A DNA stretch of 64,000 nt, taken from assembly GCA_002269645.1 (NCBI GenBank), contig NIVC01001255.1, positions 62,001 to 126,000 on the forward strand. The letters are read 5' to 3'. Shown here one piece after another: positions 24,659 to 34,900 of this stretch. The stretch comes from Macrostomum lignano (taxonomy: Eukaryota). Numbering within the stretch: the stretch's first letter is position 1; each line of letters opens with the position of its first letter. The notes under the pieces were generated by a model. It was not told the origin of the DNA. It saw only the letters and a program-made list of their open reading frames with translations, and ran no database searches. The position numbers and the translations under genes were made by a program.

Positions 24659-25210
24659 CTTAAGATAATACTAAGTGCACAAGCGTTACGACAAATGTCT
24701 GAGAAAGTCCAGTGCGTCGTCTTTCTACTGTGGTTGTCAATGACTGTGCCGTGCATAACCTCTACCGTTATATCTCTATTTTGAGTGCTGGGGGTTTATT
24801 GCAGTTGATTATTGAATTTTTCTTGTGTCTAATAGAGGTTAAGACTTGCAGATTTATCTGCTATTATTTTTCATATTTGACTATTTTAAAGAAGATTTTC
24901 ATATCAGTTCATTGCGGGCTATTCAACTCTTATAAACCCGAATATCATATGAGATTTAAATAATCGGTTTGTTATATTTAACTATATAGATTTGATTTAC
25001 TGATGCTCTTAAAATTTGTGGTGGAGATTTTTAAACCTGTCAAATTTTTCAAGTATTGTATTTTTGGTTTTTTATCTTTTATCAACCATCAACTCTTTAA
25101 GCAAGTTTGGCGGACCAATGGAAAGGATGAAAAGTGGTGTTCACAAAATCGAAATTAAATCATTTTTTATTCTGAAAAACTTTCATTTCATAATAAGTCT
25201 CATTGGTTTA

Positions 25211-25970
25211 CAGGGGTCGGCCAGCTCCGGTCCGCGGGCCACACGGGGTCTTTTGAGACTTCACAATAGCAATCCAGCCCGCTCAATATTCATGTTTCTT
25301 TTCAGCTGTTTCTTCTCTCCTCCTCCCCTCTCCTCTCTCCCCTACCTCTCCCCTCTCCCCTCTTCTCTTTACTCTTCTCTTCCTTCTCTCCTCTCCCCCT
25401 CTCCCCTCTCCTCTCTCCCCTCTCCATTCTCCTCTCTTCCCTCCTCTCTCCCCTCTCCTCTCCTCCTCTCTTCCCTCCTCTCTCCTCTCCTCTCCTCTCT
25501 CCTCTCCTCTCTCCCCTCTCCTCTCCTCTCCTCTCCTCTCCTCTCCTCTCCTCTCCCCTCCTCTCTCCCCTCTCCTCTCCTCTCCCCTCCTCTCTCCCCT
25601 ACCTCTCCCCTCTCCCCTCTTCTCTTTCCTCTTCTCTTCCTTCTCTCCTCTCCCCCTCTCCCCTCTCCCCCTCTCCATTCTCCTCTCTTCTCCCCTCTTC
25701 TCTCTCCCTTCTCCTCTCTTCTCCCCTCTTCTCTCTCCCCTCTCCTCTCTTCTCCCCTCTTCTTTCCCTTCTCCCCTCTATCCCCTCCCCTCTCTCCTCT
25801 CCCCCTCCCTCTCTCTCCTCTCCTCTCCCCTCTTCTCTTCTCTCCTCTTATCTCCTGCCTTTTCTCTCATCCCATCTCTCGCCTCTCCTCTCCTTTCTTC
25901 TCCCATCCCTCATTTTCCCTCTTCTTTCCTCTCTCATTTGGCCCGCAGCTATGAGCTGGTTTCCTTATCT
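25211..25970 (+). mobile_element. Charlie/hAT-like MITE with polypyrimidine tract
   Basis: Left end CAGGGGTCGGCCAGCTCC and the shared internal motif CTTCACAATAGCAATCC. Right end degenerate. Confidence 0.6.
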
Positions 25971-26598
25971 GCCCATTGGGGTAAATAAGTTTTCTGACGT
26001 CTGGTTTAGCATCTTTTTTGCAGCGTAGAAGAGACAACTGGTAAAATTTTGAGGGAGTACCGCTTTCATTTCTCCTGTGTTTTTGTTGATACCTTGCCAG
26101 CTTGCATGCTATCTGCTGGTTGCATCGCGAATTTGACTTACGCAATCCAGCGTTCCTGTATGAGTCACGTGCTTTGGGTAGCTATAGCGCCACCTTTACT
26201 TCGCAACTTGTAGCAGCGACGCATTCCAGATATCAATCAATATAAGAAATTTTACTTCAGTTTAGTTGAAGAAATAACAGTTGGCTGCTTGGCATGGCCA
26301 CTGCAGGTAAACATTCTTCTAGTTTAGCAGTAACTGCGTATTTCATCCTGCCTGCAGCGAGGCGAGTGGAAAATTTTTATGTTGGACTGAAGCTTTCACG
26401 TAAACAGCAATTTGCAGTCAAGAATCTGGTGTCTTGAAAACTGTACACATGCACAGTTTCCGTTCGAGATTAGCGTCTAATAGGGGCATGCTTTTGTTCT
26501 TAATGTTATAAACTAACCAGGCGTCTGTCTGTTTCTTTACACTCGTTGCTGAATCACCGACCGATGGCATTGCTTAACTAGTGCCGCATGGCTTAGAG

Positions 26599-27134
26599 CA
26601 GGGGTCGGCAAGCCCCCTTCGGGGGGAGAAGTGGAGAGAGGAGAGGGGAGGAGATGAGAGAGGAGAGGGGAGGAGATGAGAGAGGAGAGGGGAGGAGATG
26701 AGAGAGGAGAGGGGACGAGATGAGAGAGGAGAGGGGAAGAGATGAGAGAGGGGAGGGGAGAGAGGAGAAGGGAGGAGATGAGAGAGGGGAGGGGAGAGAG
26801 GAGAAGGGAGGAGATGAGAGAGGGGAGGGGAGGAGATGAGAGAGGGGAGGGGAGGAGATGAGAGAGGGGGGGAGAGAGGAGAAGGGAGGAGATGAGAGAG
26901 GGGAGGGGAGGAGATGAGAGAGGAGAGGGGAGGAGATGAGAGAGGAGAGGGGAGGAGATGAGAGAGGAGAGGTGAGGAGATGAGAGAGGAGAGGGGAGGA
27001 GATGAGAGAGGGAAGGAGAGAAAAGAAGAGATGAGACACAAGCCTTGAGCTGCTCGGATTGCTATTCTGAAGTATCAAAGGACCCGAGGCCCAGATAGAG
27101 GCTTCGCGAGCCGGAGTTTGCAAGCCGACCCCTG
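26599..27134 (-). mobile_element. Charlie/hAT-like MITE, reverse orientation (GA-rich on + strand)
   Basis: TIRs CAGGGGTCGGC / GCCGACCCCTG. 8-bp TSD GCTTAGAG/GGTTAGAG (7/8). Confidence 0.8.
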
Positions 27135-28420
27135 GGTTAGAGGGTGTTAGCTGTTGCTGAGCATAAAAAGTGCTCACAGGGGAAGTTATCTCATCAAAGG
27201 AAACAAGTACTATTTCTTAGAAGTTCTGTGAGACTGAAGATGAAGAAATGGGGTTCTTGCTACATTGTTGGCATCTCTGAAACCAACGAAAATGTCTGGT
27301 TTGGGGTGGATACAGAGCAGCTCACCGGTGACTTGTCTGACTTTCGCGTCAAAGTACGAGCTGATCTCTGCGTTTGATTCCGTGTGCAGTTGCATTAAGT
27401 TGAATTGCATCATGCTCGAAAATGGGTGCGGCCCGCGAGGCCTCTATCTGGCGGCCCTTGGGTCTTTGAACTACACAATGGCAATCCGGCCCGCTAAATT
27501 TTTGTGTCTCTTCTGGGCTCTCTTTTCAGTTCTCTCCTCTCCTGCTCTCTTCTCTCTTCTCTCATCTTTATCTGGTCCTTGAGGTCCTTGAGGCCTCGAC
27601 ATGCCGTTCCCGTCCATTAGGTCCACCCCCCAGGCACGCACCTCCGAACTACGTAGATTTAAGGCTTACAGTGCATGAACAATGTTTACCTCTAAGCAGA
27701 GCCTATTCGTCAGAAGTTTAATTTTCACACCAGCTCTTGTTGTTCAATAAAGCACTGCAACAATCTTTCTATAAATGCCAAATCAAAATGCGGTCTGTTA
27801 TGCTGCAGAATTGACTGCATGTTTTCTGTAATAGTGTTTCACGCGCAGCCAAAGTTATAATAAGATAAATAATGCGCGATCCAATGCAGGAATTTGCGCA
27901 GATGGAGCCGCTTAGCTTATACTTCAGTAATTTATGATTCAACCCGGCTTCACTCGTGCTGAAAATTTCCTGATTTCCTGCAAAGATTTCCAAGCTAGCA
28001 GTAGTACTGAATCTCGCATTTCGTTTGAATATACACTAAACACGTTGTTAACGAGAACTTTCTATAAACTTATTACAATAATTTATTACAATATCAATAT
28101 TGTAATTCTTGATGCGACACTTCTATCAATTATGCTAGCTTGAATATTGTTTGGATGATATTATATACCGGTAGCTGTTAAACTAGACTGACACTTGCGA
28201 GACTCCGGATTGAACTGGCGTTGAACTCGGAACACATTTCGCTGCTTCACCAGACAGGCACGTGATCGTTCAAGTTAACTGAGGGAGAGAATCTAGAAAG
28301 GGTGAGAAAAACTCCATCTTACGCTTTGGTCCAATCTGCATGCACTGCGTGACTCTCTCTCGCATAAACAGATTGCTTGCCCTGCAAAGTAGCTTTGCCA
28401 ACCCCTCATGTGGGGGCATG

Positions 28421-28703
28421 TATAAAGCCAACTGGACCTAAGGTGCGACTTTCATCACTTTCGCCCGCCGTTGTAGCTTTTAACTAATTCAGCCAAGTGT
28501 TTTTATACCGGCTTGCAAAGCGGTAAGCGTAGCTTGTTGCTAAGCTCTGCAGCCTACCAAGTTGTCTATGGTGAAAAGCTGGGTTGACGTTGACCTCAAA
28601 CGTCAACTTGGCATTCGTATTTTTTATTTGCCTTCACTTGAGCACTGATTTGAACAAACAGAATCAACTCTAATAACAAATAACCCCACTATTCTAATTG
28701 AAG
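28421..28703 (+). promoter_or_regulatory. Putative TATA box and 5'UTR intron of the beta-thymosin gene
   Basis: TATAAA at 28421, donor-like GTAAGC at 28523, acceptor AG at 28702-28703, 11 nt before CACCATG. Confidence 0.4.
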
Positions 28704-28714
28704 TTCGAGTCACC

Positions 28715-28984
28715 ATGTCCACCTCTGAGGAAGCCAAGCCCGAGTTCCTGTCCGACGTCAGCAAATTCAACACGGAAAAGTTGAAGAAAGTCGAATCTCT
28801 GGACAAGACGGTGCTGCCGAGCGCTGAACAAGTTGAGCAGGAGAAACGCGAGGTCAGCCTTCGAGAGGAGATTGAGAAGGGCACCGAGCTGAAGCATGTC
28901 GAGGTGCAGGAGAAGACCGTCTTGCCGTCCAAGGAGGAAATCGAAGAGGAGAAGAAGCGTCAGTCGCAGGGTGACAGTTCGTGA
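28715..28984 (+). CDS. TMSB: Two-repeat beta-thymosin (WH2) actin-monomer-binding protein, 89 aa
   Basis: Two repeats: KPEFLSDVSKFNTEKLKKVESLDKTVLPSAEQVEQEK and LREEIEKGTELKHVEVQEKTVLPSKEEIEEEK. Good Kozak context (CACCATG). AATAAA at ~29158 and ~29196. Confidence 0.95.
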   Translation: MSTSEEAKPEFLSDVSKFNTEKLKKVESLDKTVLPSAEQVEQEKREVSLREEIEKGTELKHVEVQEKTVLPSKEEIEEEKKRQSQGDSS

Positions 28985-29416
28985 TTGCGTGCTGTCTGCT
29001 TTCTGATGACTGCCCCCTCTCTGTCTTGGCATAAATTCCAACGACAAATTACTGCTCTCCAAACCTTCCTAAGTAATGATCTGTTTGTGTAACTGATTGG
29101 TTGCCGGCTTCTTAACTAATCAAGCAATTTCATTAATCAGCGTTAGTAAAGCTATTTAATAAATTCATAAAACGATAATAACAAAAAATACGCCAATAAA
29201 CTGGTACCATCAACAACTATTTATTTAAGTGTTTCTCATATAGTTGTTTCTTACAACCAGTGAGATTGTTTTTTTCGTGACTTACTCGTATTTCTGCAGA
29301 GCATGTCGAAGTTCAATTAGAAATGAACGGAGCGGAAATGAAATTGTAATAAAGTTTTTTCCTGGAATCTTTTGCTACGGAGCAAAATAGTGAAAGAAGA
29401 ATTTATTTGTTGCACC

Positions 29417-29753
29417 CAAAGAGTATTGAGGTCGCCTGGTATAGAGTGCCAATAAGGATGAAAATCTGAAGCCGATTTTTAGAATCCACCCACCCCCTCC
29501 GGTCACCAAGCTTTTTAGTCTATGGCACAAGTTGTGGCTAGAATGGTGTACAAAGCCGATGCTCAGAAAGCTGAGTGTTCTAAGTGTGAAATGTCTTATA
29601 TTTCTGAGCATCGGCTTTGTACACCATTCTAGCCACAACTTGTGCCATAGACTAAAAAGCTTGGTAACCGGAGGGGGTGGGTGGATTCTAAAAATCGGCT
29701 TCAGATTTTCATCCTTATTGGCACTCTATACTAGGCGACCTCAATACTCTTTG
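29417..29753. mobile_element. Foldback MITE (long palindrome) with CA..TG termini, P-superfamily-like
   Basis: Arms 29416-29569 and 29601-29754 (152/154 complementary) around a 31-bp spacer. 8-bp TSD GTTGCACC/GTTGAACC (7/8). Confidence 0.85.
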
Positions 29754-30024
29754 GTTGAACCCTACCTATATACTTTTCATTTCGACCGTTAAAATTCGAA
29801 AGACCAATAGCATCATACTACTTATAAATGTAAGTAGCAATAAATAATTTGCTTTAACCTCCGTAGCGCTTCGTAACCTCCGAGGCAGAACTTAAAAACT
29901 ATGAACTAACAGACTGGAACTAGCAGTTTTTTAGCAAAACTGGCAGTTTCCTAAAATCTGCACATGGACGTAAGGAATGCGTGCTTATCGCATCGCATCG
30001 CTAGTGAGTTCATCAGTATGCTCT

Positions 30025-30063
30025 CACAGATACTAGAATAATTATAGTTATCTAGTATCTGTG
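30025..30063. mobile_element. 39-bp minimal derivative of the CACAGATACTAGAATA MITE family
   Basis: CACAGATACTAGAATAATTATAGTTATCTAGTATCTGTG flanked by a perfect 8-bp TSD TATGCTCT (30017-24, 30064-71). Confidence 0.85.
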
Positions 30064-30363
30064 TATGCTCTCGAAAAGATGGAGTTCTCTCGACCGAATT
30101 CGTCTATGGCGAAACCCCATTTCATTCTCCAGAGCATGCGACAAAAATCCGTTCCGTACCGACCTCCAGTTCATTTCTAAGAAAACTGAGAGTATCGTCC
30201 ATCTACATAATTCAGTTGTCTCATGCCTATGTGACGTTGTCAGTTTAAGTAGCCCCGCCAAGGGCCGTTTTGACATACGGTACCAATCTATAATATTACT
30301 AGTTTCGTTCTCTCACGTCTGTTTAAAGTAGTACCCTAAGAATTTTAATCAGCTGCGTACATT

Positions 30364-30907
30364 TGTAAAGCCTGCGTACAGTGCGCGATCGATAATTTCT
30401 GTTTTCTGTTTTTTCCAGCCGGCCAATAGAATAGCCGCGCATTAATTATACTAAGTTCTCCTCGCGCGCCCACCCCCAGCCCGCTCCTTATCAGTTCTGT
30501 CTGGCCGTGCGCTCGGGGTTATCTTGGATCCTGGCTTTGCGTACCCGCCTGTAGACCTTTGCCGCCCCGGCACTCTTGTTTGTTTGCCTTCTCTTCCTGC
30601 CTCACTTCGCCACGGTTCTAGACCACGCCTCTGCCACTCTCAGTCACACCACTCCTACTGTCTGTTCGAACTCTCACTACGAGCACCGCCACCGTACGTT
30701 CACCGCCATCATCTCGTCGCCACTGCCTCAACTCATCGACCCACTCTGCGTTCTACCATCTAACTCGTTGTGTAGCCGCCAGTGCATCGTTACGAATCCA
30801 ACTTGTATTTTGACCTGTCTCTGTTGACAATAACAACTGTTCCAATAAACCAAGTCTGCGGCCATTGATCGCATTAACTGATATTATTGCCAAGTGCTAC
30901 CGCTACA
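30364..30907 (+). mobile_element. Possible solo LTR (~544 bp)
   Basis: TGT...ACA termini, AATAAA at 30844, flanks ACATT/AAATT (4/5), GC-richer than its surroundings. No second copy in the window. Confidence 0.4.
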
Positions 30908-31076
30908 AAATTGTCTCTGCCGTATTCATTTGCCTTCGCTGATTATTCTCGAGGCCGCCACATTGATACGTCACAGTCTCCATACAACCTGAGATCTTTT
31001 GAAGCCAGCATGATTGGTAAATCAACATCCAATAAAACAGACATAACCAAATTTACGTTACTAAATAATTCTTTGC

Positions 31077-31491
31077 AGTGACTCTAGCGACTCTGGGGGC
31101 CATTCTTGTGACTTTAACGACTCAAACACCCGCGTCTAATGCGACGAAGAGGCGACTGTTGGGACACAATAAGCGCGTCACGTCAGGTGTAGAGTCGTAA
31201 AATAGTCTCGAAAAAGAGTCGTCCAAGAATCGTTATGTTGGCGCTTAACTTTCTACTAACTCAGTAGGCTAGTTAGTGCTTCCAACACAACTCCAACCAG
31301 TAACTCTACGGCGACTGTAGCACGCCTCAAATAAGACTCTACGGTCCCTGAGTCGTTATACCGTCGCCCCAGAGTCGTTTCAGAGTCGAATACATTAAAA
31401 CGCTTCAAAGTGATTCTTGGGTGACTCTGAGGACTTTTTGGTAACTCGTACGAGCTACCGTGACATCGTATCTCGTCGTTTTAGAGTCACT
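31077..31491. mobile_element. Possible degenerate MITE rich in GACTC/GAGTC motifs
   Basis: 10-bp inverted ends AGTGACTCTA/TAGAGTCACT. Motifs point inward from both halves. No clear TSD. Confidence 0.3.
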
Positions 31492-31963
31492 TCTTTCTTA
31501 TTTTACCTGTGTTACCTGCAATGACTTTAAAACGACCCTGGGGCGACGCAACTGACTCTGGGACGCTTCTTGGCCTAGGAACCGTTTTCATCGGGTTAGT
31601 CTGGCTCTGCATGGTCCCATTTTGGAGTGTTCTAAAAAACGCTTGAAGCAAAAAGTCTGACAATCTGCAAGGCATAGAGGTTTAGAGGTATGAACAGTTA
31701 TGGGGGGAACTTGAGGGCAGGCGAGGTAAGTGAGGTAACACTGTCAATTTAATGCTGAAAAAACAGAAAACTTTCTATACGTCCAATACGTTAAACATTA
31801 GTTTGTTTATGTTCAAGTATTGTTCGTATGGAATTCTTGACGGTGGCTTCAGACACCATCGGATCAGATGCTGGACTCTCGAATTGTGAACTCCACTGAG
31901 CCGGACGTTCGACTGCACTTTTCCGCGCCGACAGCAGCGGAACCAGAGGGCACTCCTCGACTG

Positions 31964-34900
31964 TCAGCTGTGGCAGCGGCGGTGGCTTCCAGAATCTGTT
32001 GGGGCAGCTTTGTTGGCAAGCTGTTCCGGCTGCTGCTGTTGACTCTCTGCCAGACGCCTTCGCCAGTTGTCGGCGTTGATGATGAGTCGCCTGTCGATGG
32101 GTGGCGACCGCCTGTTGTAGGAATAAACGAGCTTAAAGGTTGGTTTCTGTGCATGGAAATGAGCCTGTATCAAGAACTGTGGAACTGTGGAATAACTGGA
32201 CAGATGGATGAGATAGACACAAGGAAATCAGATGAAGTCTTCTTGTACTTCTTAAAAAGCATATTTCAAAACTTAATACGGGCATTTAAAATCGAATAAA
32301 TGCAACTCACCTGAACTGTTGCTAGTGAACGACTGCGACATTTAAACTGCACTCACAAATGTTCTCTAGTCTTGCTGCACTGGTTTGTTTTTGCTGATAC
32401 TCTGCATTATGGCCGAAATATGCTATTTTTGTTGACATTGCATTCTGGGTTGAGATGTTTTCCGACAGTGCCAGCAAGTCTCCTCATTGGCTGGGAAGGC
32501 CTAGGAGCAGAAATATAGCGATGGGGGAAGAGAGATAAGGAAACTGGACTTTGGGATTCGCTGAAGGTTTTTCTCATTACGAGATGGAGAATGCTGATTA
32601 AGCTGCCTCTGATTGATAATGATAATGATAATAATTTGATAATAATGGGTCCATGAGCACTGCTCGAAATCAGTACGACCATCATCGGCTTACAGACACT
32701 GAGAAGAGATGGAAGTGTCTACCTTGACTATCTACAGACACTGAGGAGAGATGGAAGTGTCTACCTTGACCATCTACAGACACTGAGGAGAGATGGAAGT
32801 GTCTACCTTGACTATCTACAGACACTTGGGAGAGATGGAAGTGTCTACCTTGACTATCTACAGACACTGAGGAGAGATGGAAGTGTCTACCTTGACCATC
32901 TACAGACACTGAAAAGAGATGGAAGTGTCTACCTTGACTACCTACAGACACTGGGGAGAGATGGAAGTGTCTACCTTGACCATCTACAGACACTGAGAAG
33001 AGATGGAAGTGTCTACCTTGACTACCTACAGACACTGGGGAGAGATGGAAGTGTCTACCTTGACTATCTACAGACACTGAGAAGAGATGGAAGTGTCTAC
33101 CTTGACTACCTACAGACACTGGGGAGAGATGGAAGTGTCTACCTTGACCATCTACAGACACTGAGGAGAGATGGAAGTGTCTACCTTGACTACCTACAGA
33201 CACTGGGGAAAGATGGAAGTGTCTACCTTGACCATCTACAGACACTGAGGAGAGATGGAAGTGTCTACCTTGACTACCTACAGACACTGGGGAAAGATGG
33301 AAGTGTCTACCTTGACTACCTACAGACACTGAGGAGAGATGGAAGTGTCTACCTTGACTACCTACAGACACTAGGGAGAGATGGAAGTGTCTACCTTGAC
33401 TACCTACAGACACTGGGGAGAGATGGAAGTGTCTACCTTGACCATCTACGGACACTGAGGAGAGATGGAAATGTCTACCTTGACTACCTACAGACACTGG
33501 GGAGAGATGGAAGTGTCTACCTTGACGATCTACGGACACTGAGGAGAGATGGAAATGTCTACCTTGACTACCTACAGACACTGGGGAGAGATGGAAGTGT
33601 CTACCTTGACCATCTACGGACACTGAGGAGAGATGGAAATGTCTACCTTGACTACCTACAGACACTGGGGAGAGATGGAAGTGTCTACCTTGACTACCTA
33701 CAGACACTGGGGAGAGATGGAAGTGTCTACCTTGACTACCTACAGACACTGAGGAGAGATGGAAGTGTCTACCTTGACTATCTACAGACACTGAGAAGAG
33801 ATGGAAGTGTCTACCTTGACTACCTACAGACACTGAGGAGAGATGGAAGTGTCTACCTTGACTACCTACAGACACTGAGGAGAGATGGAAGTGTCTACCT
33901 TGACTACCTACAGACACTGAGGAGAGATGGAAGTGTCTACCTTGACTACCTACAGACACTGAGGAGAGATGGAAGTGTCTACCTTGACTACCTACAGACA
34001 CTGAGGAGAGATGGAAGTGTCTACCTTGACTACCTACAGACACTGAGGAGAGATGGAAGTGTCTACCTTTACTACCTACAGACACTGAGGAGAGATGGAA
34101 GTGTCTACCTTGACTACCTACAGACACTGAGGAGAGATGGAAGTGTCTACCTTGACTACCTACAGACACTGAGGAGAGATGGAAGTGTCTACCTTTACTA
34201 CCTACAGACACTGAGGAGAGATGGAAGTGTCTACCTTGACTACCTACAGCCGATAATGCAGCACAGAAATAGATTTCTCAGACCTGGAAAGCGGTTAGTC
34301 GAAAGATCAAATTCGATTTTTTTCATGCAGCCGTAAATGCAAAAAAATCCGGCCTGAAAACCGACACTAAGTCGCCCGCAGCGCTCTGCCTCACAGGAAG
34401 ATTCACCATCTTCTTCCGGCAGCTGCAGAATCTTCTTCAGGAAATGCCGGCAGGCGATGGCAGCTGAGCTCCTCCTTGCTGGATGTGAAGAAGTGTCACC
34501 TGACTCAAAGCATTCAGCCTTTTGCGCTGAGATTTCTTGACTCTCCTGACAGAAATCTTCTCTTCTCTCAAAAGGAGAAAGGATTTGCACTTTTAACACA
34601 AATTTTCTCTCGATTTTCTTCTTTTTCCCGGTATTGAAGAAAGCATTTGCTAACGCAGATAATTTCGATAATCATACAGACTGCAAGCTTCTCTGGTAAT
34701 AAAATGTTTTTCTTTCTTACAAGACTTAATAAGCAGTAGAAACTGACAGATCCAAGGCGACCGGTGTTATGCGATGATTTAAACTTTAACCTTTGACCTT
34801 TGACCTTTGACCTTTGAATCACTGTCAGCTTCATTAGACTCTTAAGACTTTTTGATATGGGATTTAAAAGATCTAGATCAAGCAGATACTGATCTAGAAG

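Noticed and set aside
23886-27041. Long Leu/Ser/Pro- or Glu/Arg/Gly-rich ORFs
   Set aside because: These are translations of CT/GA low-complexity tracts inside MITEs.
27144-27377. IVGISET motif resembling a LINE endonuclease
   Set aside because: It is a single short motif with no other APE motifs nearby and could be chance.
32682-34211. 509-aa ORF (SVSVGSQGRHFHLS)n
   Set aside because: It is a product of the 42-bp unit. The frame is closed by a TGA just upstream (~34278-34280) and is not in frame with the neighbouring exon-like ORF.
32689-34249. CRISPR-like appearance of regular 30-42 bp repeats (also 42788-43428)
   Set aside because: The units are head-to-tail with no unique spacers, there are no cas genes, and the context is eukaryotic.
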